Of a stretch of DNA of 64,000 nt, positions 1-10,576 are shown piece by piece. The notes under the pieces were generated by a model. That model saw only the letters and a program-made list of their open reading frames with translations. It ran no database searches and was not told where the DNA came from. The stretch lies in the NCBI GenBank assembly GCA_963697335.1, contig CAVONQ010000007.1, forward strand, positions 32,001 through 96,000. Direction: 5' to 3'. The stretch comes from an uncultured cyanobacterium. GTDB lineage: Bacteria > Cyanobacteriota > Cyanobacteriia > PCC-6307 > Cyanobiaceae. A program made the position numbers and the translations under genes. The number at the start of each line of letters is the position of its first letter. Position 1 is the first letter of the stretch.

Positions 1-1213
1 CGCCGCCCAGGTGAAGCAGGAATCCCTGATCGCCACCATGGCCGACGGCGCCGTGCTGCTCGATGCCGCAGGCGGCATCGTGCTGGCCAACCCCACGGCC
101 CGGCGCCTGTTCCGCTGGGAGGGACGCAACCTGGAGGGTCAGGAGCTGATCGGCGAGTTGCCGGAGCGCCTGGCCCTGGAGCTGCATACCGCCCTCGACA
201 ACATGATCATCGGCCAGCAGGACGCCGCCGACGTGCGCTGCAGTGTCGGCGATCCCGCCCGCACCCTGCGCATCGTGCTGCAGCCGGTGCGGGATGCCAG
301 CGGCGAATCGCTCAAGGGCATCGCCATGACCATCCAGGACCTCACCCGGGAGGTGGAGCTCAACGCCGCCCAGAGCCGCTTCATCAGCAATGTGTCCCAC
401 GAGTTGCGCACGCCGCTGTTCAACATCAAGAGCTATGTGGAAACCCTCTACGACCTGGGCGACCAGCTCTCAGACCAGGAGAAGCACGAATTCCTCGGCA
501 TCGCCAACGCCGAAACCGACCGGCTCACCAGGCTGGTCAACGACGTGCTTGATCTCTCGCGCCTGGAGTCGGAGCGATCCTGGAGCTTCGAGGCGCTGGA
601 TGTGGCCGAGGCGATCGAGCAGATCCTGCGCACCTACCGGCTGAATGCCGAAGAACGGGGCGTGAAGCTGCTGTTCGAGGCCGAAACGCTGCTGCCCAGG
701 GTGCTCGGCAACTGGGACCTGCTGCTGCAGGTGTTCGGCAACCTGGTGGGCAATGCTCTCAAGTTCACCCCGCCCGGTGGACAGATCGCGCTGAGGGCCT
801 ATCCCTGGCCGGATCTCTGCCTGCTCCACGACGACCAAGAACCCAGGGAAGACAACCCCCGCTGCGAGCTCACCTCACCGCTGCCACGCCTGCGCATCGA
901 AATCGGGGACAGCGGCTGCGGCATTTCGGAAGCCGACCAGGCGCGCATCTTCGAGCGTTTCTTCCGGGTCGAGAATGCCGTGCACATTGAGGCAGGCACG
1001 GGCCTGGGCCTCTCCATCGTGCGCGGCATCCTCGACAAGCACGGCACCCAGGTGAAGATGGCCAGCGAGCCTGGGATCGGCAGCGTGTTCTGGTTTGATC
1101 TGTCTCTTGAGGATTCCGACCAGGACGAGCTGCAGCTCAGCGCCGAGCGCAGGGCCCAGAGCCTGGAGATCGCTCCGCTCCCGGCCATGGCTGCGCAGCC
1201 AGTCAGCCTCTAG
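1..1213 (+). CDS. nblS: Sensor histidine kinase NblS/Hik33, C-terminal part (5'-truncated by the window)
   Basis: PAS-like segment, H-box VSHELRTPL, N-box NLVGNALKFT, G-boxes DSGCGI and GTGLGL; convergent with kaiC as in other picocyanobacteria. Confidence 0.9.
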   Translation, partial: AAQVKQESLIATMADGAVLLDAAGGIVLANPTARRLFRWEGRNLEGQELIGELPERLALELHTALDNMIIGQQDAADVRCSVGDPARTLRIVLQPVRDASGESLKGIAMTIQDLTREVELNAAQSRFISNVSHELRTPLFNIKSYVETLYDLGDQLSDQEKHEFLGIANAETDRLTRLVNDVLDLSRLESERSWSFEALDVAEAIEQILRTYRLNAEERGVKLLFEAETLLPRVLGNWDLLLQVFGNLVGNALKFTPPGGQIALRAYPWPDLCLLHDDQEPREDNPRCELTSPLPRLRIEIGDSGCGISEADQARIFERFFRVENAVHIEAGTGLGLSIVRGILDKHGTQVKMASEPGIGSVFWFDLSLEDSDQDELQLSAERRAQSLEIAPLPAMAAQPVSL

Positions 1214-1233
1214 GCCAGGCTCAGCGCTGGTGC

Positions 1234-2772
1234 TCAGCGCTCATCAGCCACGCCGCGCACAATCCGGGAGAGCTCACTGCGCTCATCGGTGGTCACCCGG
1301 TGGGGCACACCACTGATGATGCGCTCGAAGTTGGAGAAGGAGTCTTTGATCTCGGGGCCGTTGTCGGTGATCACAAATTCGCGGATTCCCTTGTCATGCC
1401 AGGAGCCACGCATCTTGAACACATTGAGAGCGCGGGCCATCTCACCGCGGATCTCCACATACTGGAGCAGGAGGATCGTATCAGTGATCGTGGAGATATG
1501 GGAGTCAGTGATGGAATGACTACCCATGAACTCTTCTGATGTGTTCGTGAAGAAACCTGCGATTTCCTCCTGCTTGGCATAGCCCGTCACCCCGATCACA
1601 AATTGGCGGAACGCATTGTGGCTGACGCCACGGGCCAGGGCACTGAGCGAGTCAATCGCCATTCGCGACGGTTTGAACTGAGAGATTTCAGTCTTGATGA
1701 TCTGCAGATGGTCCTCCAGGCCGGTGGATTCCGGATAGGCACAAATGATCTTGAGCAGGCCATCTTGCTCCATCTGCTCAAAGTCAATACCCCAGCTGGT
1801 GCCGTTGCGCAGCAGCTGGGCCCGGGATTCCTCGTAGGCGAACAGGATGGCGCGTTGCTTGCTGCGGCAGGCATCTTCGATGAACTTGGACACCAGCAGC
1901 GTCTTGCCCGTGCCGGTGGCACCCGTGGCCAGGATGATGGAGTCCTTGAAAAAGCCGCCACCGCACATTTTATCGAGCCTGGGAACTCCCGAACTCACCC
2001 GCACATTGGAGGAGCGCTGGGTGAGGCGCATCGCCCCCAGCGGGAACACGCTCATGCCATGGCTGCCCATGGTGAAGGGGAATTCGCCCTTCATGTGAGT
2101 GGTGCCCCGCAGCTTGAGAATCTCCACGGTGCGCCTGCGCCGCTCACCCTCCAGCACGTTGCGCAGAATCACCACATTATCGGACACAAATTCTTCAACG
2201 CCATAGCGGGCGATCGGCCCATACTCATCAATTCGCTCAGTGGTCATGACGGTGGTGACACCGATCTCCTTGAGCCGGGCGATCAGCCTGAAAATCTCCC
2301 GGCGCACCACCGAAACGGCGTCATACTGCTGGAAGACTGCCGTGATCGAATCAATGGCTACCCGCTTGGCCTTGTATTTACGAATCGCGTAGTTAATGCG
2401 CTCGATCAGACCGGAGAGATCAAAGTTGCCCGCCACGTCCTGGCCGTCAGGATCAGGTGAAGCATCCAGAACGAAAAGCTTGTCCTGCTCGATCATCTCT
2501 TGAAGGTCCCAACCGAAGCTGGCCGCATTGCGCAGGATATCCAGGGGCGATTCCTCAAAGGTTACAAAGATGCCAGCTTCTTTGTATTGGCGGATGCCGT
2601 TGTAGAGAAAGTTCAGCGACAGCACGGTCTTGCCCGTTCCCGAGGTGCCGCTGATCAGCGTGGAGCGGCCGATAGGCAGTCCACCATGACAGACGTCATC
2701 AAAGCCCTCGATGCCGGTGGGGAGCTTCTGGACCTGCATCAACTGGGCATCGATTGGACTGGGTTCCTGCAT
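1234..2772 (-). CDS. kaiC: Circadian clock protein KaiC
   Basis: Two RecA-like domains (GTSGTGKT, GATGTGKT) and the phosphosite region DSHISTITDT; start placed at ATG 2772 (ORF track extends to 2793). Confidence 0.98.
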   Translation of the reverse strand: MQEPSPIDAQLMQVQKLPTGIEGFDDVCHGGLPIGRSTLISGTSGTGKTVLSLNFLYNGIRQYKEAGIFVTFEESPLDILRNAASFGWDLQEMIEQDKLFVLDASPDPDGQDVAGNFDLSGLIERINYAIRKYKAKRVAIDSITAVFQQYDAVSVVRREIFRLIARLKEIGVTTVMTTERIDEYGPIARYGVEEFVSDNVVILRNVLEGERRRRTVEILKLRGTTHMKGEFPFTMGSHGMSVFPLGAMRLTQRSSNVRVSSGVPRLDKMCGGGFFKDSIILATGATGTGKTLLVSKFIEDACRSKQRAILFAYEESRAQLLRNGTSWGIDFEQMEQDGLLKIICAYPESTGLEDHLQIIKTEISQFKPSRMAIDSLSALARGVSHNAFRQFVIGVTGYAKQEEIAGFFTNTSEEFMGSHSITDSHISTITDTILLLQYVEIRGEMARALNVFKMRGSWHDKGIREFVITDNGPEIKDSFSNFERIISGVPHRVTTDERSELSRIVRGVADER

Positions 2773-2884
2773 GACCTGGGGAGACGTGAACAAGGGGATG
2801 GGAGCGGATCAATCCGCTGATCAAGCGCGGGGATTCAGACCATCATCTGGAAGCGGTGCTTCCTGGGCAAGATCGACCAGAGCA

Positions 2885-3250
2885 TCATCCTCCCCGGAGA
2901 GGCGCGAGGCAGCCAAGCCCTGGCTGGTGTGCAGATAGCTCATTGATTTCCCCATCCTCGGTGAGTTCGTCGTAGAGCAAGTCAAGGCCGATCAGCACTC
3001 GCTCGCGGTCGCTGAGATCACCGATGATGCGGCGCACCGGCGGCGGCAGGATCTTGGTGAGCGTAGGGGTGGCCAGGATCTTGTCCTCCTCGGCCAACTG
3101 TGGATTCACAAGCACGTCGATCACCTTGAGGGCGTAGACCCCCTTGAACTCGGTTTCAAGAATGTCGCGCAGCGTTTTCAGGGCGCGCATCGAGTTGGGG
3201 GTGTTACCGGCCACATACAACTTCAGAATGTAGGTTTTGCGAGGTGTCAT
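2885..3250 (-). CDS. kaiB: Circadian clock protein KaiB
   Basis: [17 protein letters not shown]...[20 protein letters not shown]-terminal tail may be frameshifted (see findings). Confidence 0.97.
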   Translation of the reverse strand: MTPRKTYILKLYVAGNTPNSMRALKTLRDILETEFKGVYALKVIDVLVNPQLAEEDKILATPTLTKILPPPVRRIIGDLSDRERVLIGLDLLYDELTEDGEINELSAHQPGLGCLAPLRGG

Positions 3251-3286
3251 GACAAGAATGTCCAGGTGTGCGGATGTAGCTTCGCC

Positions 3287-4207
3287 TCAAGCATCAGAAG
3301 ACAATGGCATCAGCGGCACATCGGGAGGGATCGAGCGTCGGTACATCTCACAGAGATGGGCCATCACATCCAGCAGAGCCAGCCTGTAATCCTGAAGGAA
3401 ATCACTCTTGTGCCCCTCCAGCTGCAGGCGCTTGGAAAACAGATCGATCAGGTCCATGTGAATTTGAACGGTTGTCGTGATCGATAGATCACTGAAAAAG
3501 GCCGTGTTCACAAAGCTTTCCAAGGCCTGGTTGGCCGCAGAAGGGTTGCGGAAGTAATGGACCAGCAGATCCCGGTAGCTGCGCTCCAGCGAGCGCAGCA
3601 GGTCGTCCTGCTCCCCCTTGGGCAGGTTGCGCAGGAAGCGGGAGGGATCGCGCTTGTAGAACACCCCCAGTAGCCCCAGCCGCTCCTTGAGGCGGCCGTC
3701 CAGTCGCCAGGGCCGGGGCGCCTCGCTGGTCCCGACGGCGACTCCAGCCTGCTCGGCAGAGGCCTCGGCGGCCTGGCCCCCGCACAAAGACGGCTCGCTG
3801 CCGGCGGAGCCGGTTCCGGGGTTGTCGTCGGCTGGATTGCCCAGACCCTGTCGCAGAAAGCGCGACACCGCCGCATCCAGGCAGTAGCTCAGCTGCTCCA
3901 GCTGATCGGCCTGCAGCCTCACCTCCGCCCCGTGGAAGCTGACCTCGCCATTGACCTCACCGATCACCACCGCGGGCAGCACCAGGCCCCGCTCGGTGAG
4001 CCCGCTCAGCACCGAGCCATCCACGGCATCGGCCTCGATCAGCAGGGCGTCGAAGTCCTCCCGCAGGCGGTCGAGATCCGCCACAGGGTCGGCCAGCGGG
4101 TCCACGTTGACGAGGGTGTAGCGCCCGCCGGCCAACCAGCGGGATACCCCGGCCTGCACGGTGGGATCACGGACAAGGGAAGCAACGGTGAGGGCCGGCT
4201 TGGGCAT
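3287..4207 (-). CDS. kaiA: Circadian clock protein KaiA, full length
   Basis: N-terminal pseudo-receiver region, GVFYKRDP and C-terminal DYRLALLDVMAHLCEMYRRSIP. Confidence 0.96.
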   Translation of the reverse strand: MPKPALTVASLVRDPTVQAGVSRWLAGGRYTLVNVDPLADPVADLDRLREDFDALLIEADAVDGSVLSGLTERGLVLPAVVIGEVNGEVSFHGAEVRLQADQLEQLSYCLDAAVSRFLRQGLGNPADDNPGTGSAGSEPSLCGGQAAEASAEQAGVAVGTSEAPRPWRLDGRLKERLGLLGVFYKRDPSRFLRNLPKGEQDDLLRSLERSYRDLLVHYFRNPSAANQALESFVNTAFFSDLSITTTVQIHMDLIDLFSKRLQLEGHKSDFLQDYRLALLDVMAHLCEMYRRSIPPDVPLMPLSSDA

Positions 4208-4365
4208 AGGGGCGGTCCGCAGGCAGGGGAAATCTGGCGGACAGGTGCGTCAATGTTGACGAAAGGCCGCTTGAAATCGGAGGATTTGCCATTGTCTTCC
4301 GATTGTGCGTCAGGCCCAATCGGCCGGCGGTTCCCCGCCAGCCAGCCTGCCCACGCCCCATCCCC

Positions 4366-4725
4366 ATGACCCAAGACCCCGCCTCAGCCCCGGCGCCCTA
4401 CGCCATCGTGGAGGCCTCCGGCCAGCAATTCTGGCTCCAGGCCAACCGCTACTACGACCTCGACCGCCTGCCCGCCGCGGTCGATGAAACCGTCACCCTC
4501 GACAGCGTGCTGCTGGTGAACGACGGCCAGGCCGCGACCCTGGGCCAGCCCTACGTGAGCGGAGCCAGTGTGACCCTCAAGGTGATGGCCCATCGCCGAG
4601 GCCCCAAGCTGATCGTCTACAAGATGCGTCCCAAGAAGAAGACCCGTCGCAAGAACGGCCACCGCCAGGAGCTCACCCGTGTGATGGTGGAAGCCATCAG
4701 CGTGGGTGGCAAGGCCCTGGGCTGA
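4366..4725 (+). CDS. rplU: 50S ribosomal protein L21
   Basis: YAIVEASGQQFW...KMRPKKKTRRKNGHRQELT; ATG at 4366. Confidence 0.97.
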   Translation: MTQDPASAPAPYAIVEASGQQFWLQANRYYDLDRLPAAVDETVTLDSVLLVNDGQAATLGQPYVSGASVTLKVMAHRRGPKLIVYKMRPKKKTRRKNGHRQELTRVMVEAISVGGKALG

Positions 4726-4823
4726 GGCCCTCTGGCCTGACCAGCCCCAAAGGGCCACAAGCTGCCCAGATCCACACGATTGCTCCCGTCCATCCTCTCT
4801 GCGTTCTTCGCCCCTCCTGATCC

Positions 4824-5090
4824 ATGGCCCACAAGAAAGGCACAGGCTCCACCCGCAACGGCCGCGACTCCAACTCCAAGCGTCTGGGCGTCAAGACCTC
4901 CGGCGGCACCAGCGTGAGCGCCGGGTCCATCCTGATCCGCCAGCGCGGCACCTCCGTACTGCCCGGCCTCAATGTGGGGCGTGGCTCCGACGACACCCTG
5001 TTTGCCCTCAGCGATGGTGTTGTTGGTTTTGACACCATCAAGCGCGGCCTGCGCACCCGCAAGCGCATCAACGTCGCCCTGGCGGTCTGA
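4824..5090 (+). CDS. rpmA: 50S ribosomal protein L27
   Basis: [24 protein letters not shown]. Confidence 0.98.
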   Translation: MAHKKGTGSTRNGRDSNSKRLGVKTSGGTSVSAGSILIRQRGTSVLPGLNVGRGSDDTLFALSDGVVGFDTIKRGLRTRKRINVALAV

Positions 5091-5108
5091 GAACCGCGCC
5101 GAGCCGTC

Positions 5109-5861
5109 TCAGCGCAGCCGGTAGGCCCGAGTGGTGATCAGGTAGGGGTGGAACACCTCCAGGAAGCGCTCCTGGAGGGTGTGGAAGAAACGGTCCACCA
5201 GGGCCGGATCATCCACGTGGAACGGGTATTCGCCGTCGAAGCCCTTGAAGAAATACCAGTTGAGCAGAGCGGTTCCGGAGGGCGCCAGGCGCTGGGCGAA
5301 CTGTTCGAGCTGGCCTGCTGGATCGGGCAGGTGTTCCAGAACGTCGAGGCACACCAGAGTGTCAAATCGACCTGGCAGCCTGGCATCGTCCAGGTCGCGA
5401 TGACAGGAGAGGCGACTCCCCAGCCCCAGGCTGTCTGCCCGCGCCTGCACGCAGGCCCGGTTGTGGGGGTTGAGGTCCACGAACCACACCCTCTCCACCT
5501 GCGGCAGGGCAGCGGCGGCCAGGGCATGGCTGCCGATGCCGCCGCCGAAGTCGAGCACCTGACCCTGGGCAAAGCGCTGCTGGAGCCTGAGGGTGTCGGC
5601 GATGTAGTCGGCGCTACCCAGGTGCCAGGCGGCCAACTCCAGCAGGTGGGCCGTTCCCACGGTGTCTTCATAGAAGCGGCCGGCCTGAGCGAAGTCGAAG
5701 GCGCCGGGGTGCAGGGCGGCCAGCTGCTCGGTGCTGCTGGGCAGCCGCTGCTCCAGCTCGCCCAACTCAAGCTGCAGGTAGTCGGCCAGATGCTGTTTGA
5801 GCGCGAAGCCATCGGCCAGGAAGCGCTCCACTCCCAGCCCCGTGCCCACTGCCGTCGTCAC
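5109..5861 (-). CDS. Class I SAM-dependent methyltransferase
   Basis: VLDFGGGIG motif I and FDTLVCLDVLEHLPDP. Confidence 0.85.
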   Translation of the reverse strand: MTTAVGTGLGVERFLADGFALKQHLADYLQLELGELEQRLPSSTEQLAALHPGAFDFAQAGRFYEDTVGTAHLLELAAWHLGSADYIADTLRLQQRFAQGQVLDFGGGIGSHALAAAALPQVERVWFVDLNPHNRACVQARADSLGLGSRLSCHRDLDDARLPGRFDTLVCLDVLEHLPDPAGQLEQFAQRLAPSGTALLNWYFFKGFDGEYPFHVDDPALVDRFFHTLQERFLEVFHPYLITTRAYRLR

Positions 5862-5903
5862 TGCTGCGCTGGTATCGGTGGCGCCAACTTAGAGGGCGGG
5901 GGC

Positions 5904-6605
5904 TCAGCCGATCTCCGCCCCTTCGCCGGGCACCTCGAGCCAGCGGCGCAGCCAGGCGGTGAGGGCGTAGAAGGGCAGGGTGTCGACCAGGGCGGCCAGG
6001 GCCTTGAACAGATAGCCGCTGGCGATGTAGCTGCCCAGCTGGGGCAGCACGGCCTCGTCGGGACGGATCGGCAACACGTGGCTGGCGTAGTGGCTCACCA
6101 GCACCACCGCCGTGGTGTCCACCAGCTGGCTACCCAGGGTGGAGCCGTTGTTGCGCAGCCACAGGGCACCGCCGCCGCTGAAGCGCTTCCAGAAATGGAA
6201 CAGCCGCACATCGGCGAACTGGGCGGCCAGGTAGGCCAGCATCGAGGCCCCAACGGCCCCGAAGGCCAGGTGCTGCACCTCAAAGAAGGTGGCCTCGGGC
6301 GCCCCCGCCAGGCCCGGCAGCACGCCCCCCAGCCAGAGGATCAGCACCACCCAGCCATTGAGGGCCAGCCCCACCCACACCAGCTGGGTCGCCTTCTGCT
6401 CCCCCCAGAGCTCGCTGACCAGGTCGGTGCAGAGGAAGGTCACCGGGTAGGGCAAGGCGCCCACGGCCACCACAATCGGCCAGGAGCCGATCGACCCCAG
6501 CTGCAGAAAGCGGGTGAGGCCCAGGATGTTCAGCATCGCCATGCTGCCCAGGAAGAGGCCGGCCAGCACCAGGAACGCCAGGTCGCGGCGCTGCTGCAGG
6601 GTCAT
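5904..6605 (-). CDS. Queuosine precursor transporter (YhhQ/VUT family)
   Basis: Polytopic membrane protein with YPVTFLCTDLVSELWG and LWLRNNGSTLGSQLVDT. Confidence 0.85.
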   Translation of the reverse strand: MTLQQRRDLAFLVLAGLFLGSMAMLNILGLTRFLQLGSIGSWPIVVAVGALPYPVTFLCTDLVSELWGEQKATQLVWVGLALNGWVVLILWLGGVLPGLAGAPEATFFEVQHLAFGAVGASMLAYLAAQFADVRLFHFWKRFSGGGALWLRNNGSTLGSQLVDTTAVVLVSHYASHVLPIRPDEAVLPQLGSYIASGYLFKALAALVDTLPFYALTAWLRRWLEVPGEGAEIG

Positions 6606-6649
6606 CGGGGAGGGTGGCGTGGGACTGTTCCAGGCTGATGGGTGCCGGC

Positions 6650-7537
6650 ATGGCTGACCAGCCCTGTGGATTTCTGGTGTTGGACAAGCCCGCCGGGCTC
6701 ACCTCCCACGACTGCGTGGCCAGGGTGAGGCGGGCCTACGGCCTGCGGCGGGTGGGGCATGGTGGCACCCTCGATCCGGCCGTGACCGGCGTGCTGCCCC
6801 TGGCCCTTGGACCGGCCACGCGGCTGCTGCCCTACCTGGTGGGCGACAAGGACTATGAGGGCACGATCCAGCTGGGGCTCCGCACCGACACGGACGATCT
6901 CAGCGGTGCCGTGCTGGAGCGCCACCCCCTGCCGCCGCTGCCGTACGACGCCCTGGAGCGGGCCGTGGCGTCCTTCCGCGGATCGATCCTGCAGGTGCCG
7001 CCCCAGGTTTCCGCCGTGCACGTGCAGGGCGAACGGGCCTACGCCCGCGCCCGCCGGGGCGAGGCCCTCAGCCTGCCCCCCCGGGCGGTGACCATCGCAC
7101 TGTTAGAGCTGCGCCACTGGGAGCCAACCACGGGCCGCCTGCAGCTGGAGGTGCGCTGCTCGGCGGGCACCTACATCCGCTCCCTGGCACGGGACCTCGG
7201 CGCGGCCCTCGGCTGCGGCGGCGCCCTGGCGCAACTGCGGCGCACCGGGGCCCTGGGCTTCGACCTGGCCCAGGCCGTGCCCCTCGAGGCCCTGCAGCAG
7301 CAGCCGCTGCCACCGCTGTTGAACCCGCTCGCAGCCCTGCGCCACCTGCCCCGCCGGCAGCTGGAGCCGGCCGAGCTGGAGGGCTGGCGCTGCGGCAGGA
7401 GCCTGGAGGGCCAGGCGGGCTGGGCAGCCGGGCAGCCGGTGGCGGTGCTCGGTCCGGATGGCAACCTGGTGGGGATGGCCCTGGCCAGCGCGGCTGATCG
7501 GTTGCAACCGAAGCTGGTCTTCGATGCGCTCGGCTGA
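6650..7537 (+). CDS. truB: tRNA pseudouridine(55) synthase
   Basis: DKPAGLTSHD, VGHGGTLDP, CSAGTYIRSLARDLG. Confidence 0.95.
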   Translation: MADQPCGFLVLDKPAGLTSHDCVARVRRAYGLRRVGHGGTLDPAVTGVLPLALGPATRLLPYLVGDKDYEGTIQLGLRTDTDDLSGAVLERHPLPPLPYDALERAVASFRGSILQVPPQVSAVHVQGERAYARARRGEALSLPPRAVTIALLELRHWEPTTGRLQLEVRCSAGTYIRSLARDLGAALGCGGALAQLRRTGALGFDLAQAVPLEALQQQPLPPLLNPLAALRHLPRRQLEPAELEGWRCGRSLEGQAGWAAGQPVAVLGPDGNLVGMALASAADRLQPKLVFDALG

Positions 7538-7576
7538 GCCGGCTCGCTCCCCCCGTTCGTCCACCTCCCAGCTCCG

Positions 7577-8374
7577 ATGGCCGGCCACAGTAAATGGGCC
7601 CAGATCAAGCGCACCAAGGCGGTGGTGGACGCCAAGCGGGGAGCCGTGTTCACGCGGCTGGGCCGGGAGATCAGCGTGGCCGCCCGCGGCGGCGCCGACC
7701 CGAGCGGCAACTTCCAGCTGCGCACCGCGATCGAGAAGGCCAAGGCCGCCGGCGTTCCCAACGCCAACATCGAGCGGGCGATCCTCAAGGGGTCAGGTGG
7801 GCTCAGCGGTGGCGGCGAGCAACTCGCCGAGGTGCGCTACGAGGGGTATGGGCCAGGCGGCGTGGCGGTGCTGATCGAGGCCTACACCGACAACCGCAAC
7901 CGCACGGCCGCCGATGTGCGCCTGGCCTTCAACAAGCACGGCGGCAACCTCGGGGAGACGGGCTGCGTTGGCTACCTGTTCGAGCAGCGGGGCGTGGTGA
8001 GCTTTGGTCAGGGCCTCCCGGCGGCTCGGCCCCAGGAGCCGCTGGACGTGGTCCTGCTGGAGGCACTGGAGGCCATTGAGGCCGCTGGGGGCCCCGAGAC
8101 CCTGGACTACGAGCTCCAGGCCAGGGGAATCGAGCTCCAGTGCCGCTTCAGTGCGCTGGAAGGCCTTCAGGAGGCCCTGCAGGGCGCCGGCTTCACGGTG
8201 GAGGGGTGGGAGCACCGCTGGATTCCCCAGACCAGCTGCCCCCTGCACGAGGCCGAGCAGCTGCGCCGCTGCCTGGGGCTGCTCGATGCCCTGGAGGAGC
8301 TCGATGACGTGCGCAGCGTGACCTCCAACCTCGAGGCCGAGGACTCCCTGCTGGAGGCCCTGATGGCGGAGTGA
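7577..8374 (+). CDS. yebC: YebC/PmpR family protein
   Basis: [29 protein letters not shown]. Confidence 0.95.
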   Translation: MAGHSKWAQIKRTKAVVDAKRGAVFTRLGREISVAARGGADPSGNFQLRTAIEKAKAAGVPNANIERAILKGSGGLSGGGEQLAEVRYEGYGPGGVAVLIEAYTDNRNRTAADVRLAFNKHGGNLGETGCVGYLFEQRGVVSFGQGLPAARPQEPLDVVLLEALEAIEAAGGPETLDYELQARGIELQCRFSALEGLQEALQGAGFTVEGWEHRWIPQTSCPLHEAEQLRRCLGLLDALEELDDVRSVTSNLEAEDSLLEALMAE

Positions 8375-8393
8375 ATCCTGGCCTGGCGCCGAG

Positions 8394-9155
8394 TCAGCCC
8401 CAGCTGAGGGCGGCCCGGTCGGCCAGCACCGTGACGGCCGGGTGGCCGCGAAGCCAACTCGCCGGCAGCAGGGCGCTGGGGGGCTCCTCCAGCAGCCGTC
8501 GCAGCACGGCCGCCTTGGCACGGCCCGTGACCACCAGCACAATCTCGCGGGCAGCGAGGATCTCGGCCAGCCCCAGGCTGATCGCCCGGGTCGGCACGGC
8601 CCCCAGGTCGCCGCCGAAGGCCGCGGCGTTCTGCTCACGCGTCATCGCGCTGAGGGCCACAAAGCGGCAGGGGGCATCGGCAGGGCAGGGAGGTTCGTTG
8701 AAGCCCACGTGGCCGTTGAGGCCGAGCCCGAGCACCTGCAGGCCGATCCCCCCCGCAGCCGCCACAGACGCCCCATAACGCCCGGCCTCAGCAGCGGGAT
8801 CGACGGCGAGGCCATCCGGCAGCCGCACCTGGCTGGGCTTCAGGCCCAGGGGACCGCCGAGCCGCTCCTGCATGAAAGCCGCAAAGGAGCGGCCATCTCC
8901 CGGGGCCAGCCCCACGTACTCATCCAGGTTGAAGCTGAGCCAGGAACGCCGCACGGAGCGGCGCACCGCTTCGGGGGCCCGGCGCGACTGCGCCACCAGG
9001 GCGGCGTAGAGAGGCTCCATGGTGCGTCCCGTGGCCAGCCCCAGGGGCTGCTGGGGAGTCGCCAGGCGCTGCTGCCAGAGGCGCGCGGCCAAATGGTCCG
9101 CCACGGCTGCGGCGTCCTCAAACCTGATCAGCTCCAGCTCCTCAGAGCAGGTCAA
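8394..9155 (-). CDS. nagB: Glucosamine-6-phosphate deaminase
   Basis: LGLATGRT, FNLDEYVGL, GLGLNGHVGFNEP; likely TTG start at 9155, just after the stop of the SpoIID-domain gene. Confidence 0.88.
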   Translation of the reverse strand: MTCSEELELIRFEDAAAVADHLAARLWQQRLATPQQPLGLATGRTMEPLYAALVAQSRRAPEAVRRSVRRSWLSFNLDEYVGLAPGDGRSFAAFMQERLGGPLGLKPSQVRLPDGLAVDPAAEAGRYGASVAAAGGIGLQVLGLGLNGHVGFNEPPCPADAPCRFVALSAMTREQNAAAFGGDLGAVPTRAISLGLAEILAAREIVLVVTGRAKAAVLRRLLEEPPSALLPASWLRGHPAVTVLADRAALSWG

Positions 9156-9156
9156 G

Positions 9157-10485
9157 CTAGGGGTAGCGGCGCAACTGGGTGCCCCTGAAGTAATGGCCCA
9201 GGATGCTCTCATGGCTGCTGCCCTGCTCCGCCATGGCCAGGGCGCCCCACTGGCTCATGCCCACCCCGTGGCCGAAACCTCGGCCAATGGCCAACAAAGA
9301 AGGGGCTTCGGTTGCGGAGCCAGCAGGCCGCAGCCGCGGAGCCTGGGCCCCGGTGGCCGAATCCACGCCAGGGAACGGCTGGGCCGAGGGGGTCCCGGCG
9401 GCCGTCACCAGGGGCGGCGGCGGCGTGGGCAGGCCCCGCGTAAGGGGGCGGTTGGGCTCCACCACCTCAAAACGCACCTTGGTGCTGCGCAGGCCGAGGC
9501 GGCTGCGCAGCTGGGGGCCGGTCACCACCAGGGTGCCGGCCGGGCCAATCACCCTGGCCTGCCGCACCCGGCCCGTGGCCGTGGTGGCCAGCACATCGAT
9601 GCGCTGCACCCCACCAGTTTCGGCGAAGGCCTGGCGCAGGGCCTCCTGGGACAGGGGCTTCTCCCACTGGTGCACCGGGCTGTTGTGGTCGAAATCGGGC
9701 ACGCTCACCAGGTAGGGCAGCTGTCGTGTCCAGAGATCGCCGCTGTTCTCGGTGCGGCCGCCGCTGCTGCTGTGGAACACGGTGGTGGCCAGGCTGCCCT
9801 GATACGTGAGCACCTGGCTGCGGGTACTGGCCACGGCGCTTCGGGTGGACTCGGTTTCGGCCTCCACGCCCTTGTACACCTGGCTGCTCACCGTGGCGGT
9901 GACGTCAAAGGCGGAGCCTGGCTTGCGTTGGCGCAGGGCGTAGGTGCGGGCCGCGACGGCCTGGGCCCGCAGGGCGGCCTGGGGCCAACTGGCCGGCATT
10001 TCGCTGCCCACCACACTTGGGAGATAGGTTTCGAGGCCGATGTGGTTGATGGCCTGGAGCACCTGGCCCTCACGGCGCAACTGCACCCGTCCGCGGTAGT
10101 GCCGTTTCTGCAGCTGGAACACGGCCTCCCGGACGCCCACGCCAGGCTCTTTGGCCTCCAGCCAGAGGCCCGTGGCGGCGGGTAGTTCCCTGGAGCCCGC
10201 CTCGGTCTGAAGCTGCAGACGCCCCGCCTGCAGCCGTAGCACCAGGGCACTGGCCGGGGCCAGTTCCAGCAGCACAGGCGACTGAGCCCCGCTGCGCAGC
10301 ACCAGAGGGTGCCGCAGGGAGCTGAGGCGGATCTCGTTGCCCTCAACCAACAGCACCCGGATCTCTGGCTCGCCCTGCTGGGCCTGGAGCTCACTGCCAC
10401 CCGGCACCAGGGCGACCACCGGCAGCACCATGGCCAGGGGCAGGACCACGGCGGAGCGGCGGGAAATCACGGAATGCAGCACCAC
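9157..10485 (-). CDS. SpoIID/LytB domain protein (lytic transglycosylase-like)
   Basis: YLPSVVGSEMPASW, AQAVAARTYA, SQVYKG, GHGVGMSQWGA; start uncertain. Confidence 0.9.
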   Translation of the reverse strand: MVLHSVISRRSAVVLPLAMVLPVVALVPGGSELQAQQGEPEIRVLLVEGNEIRLSSLRHPLVLRSGAQSPVLLELAPASALVLRLQAGRLQLQTEAGSRELPAATGLWLEAKEPGVGVREAVFQLQKRHYRGRVQLRREGQVLQAINHIGLETYLPSVVGSEMPASWPQAALRAQAVAARTYALRQRKPGSAFDVTATVSSQVYKGVEAETESTRSAVASTRSQVLTYQGSLATTVFHSSSGGRTENSGDLWTRQLPYLVSVPDFDHNSPVHQWEKPLSQEALRQAFAETGGVQRIDVLATTATGRVRQARVIGPAGTLVVTGPQLRSRLGLRSTKVRFEVVEPNRPLTRGLPTPPPPLVTAAGTPSAQPFPGVDSATGAQAPRLRPAGSATEAPSLLAIGRGFGHGVGMSQWGALAMAEQGSSHESILGHYFRGTQLRRYP

Positions 10486-10576
10486 GGGTGGGCCGGCAAC
10501 AGGCCCACCATTGTGGCGATGCTGGTGACGCCCCGCCAGCCCCGGCGTGGCAGCATGCCCAGGAGGCACAAGGCCC

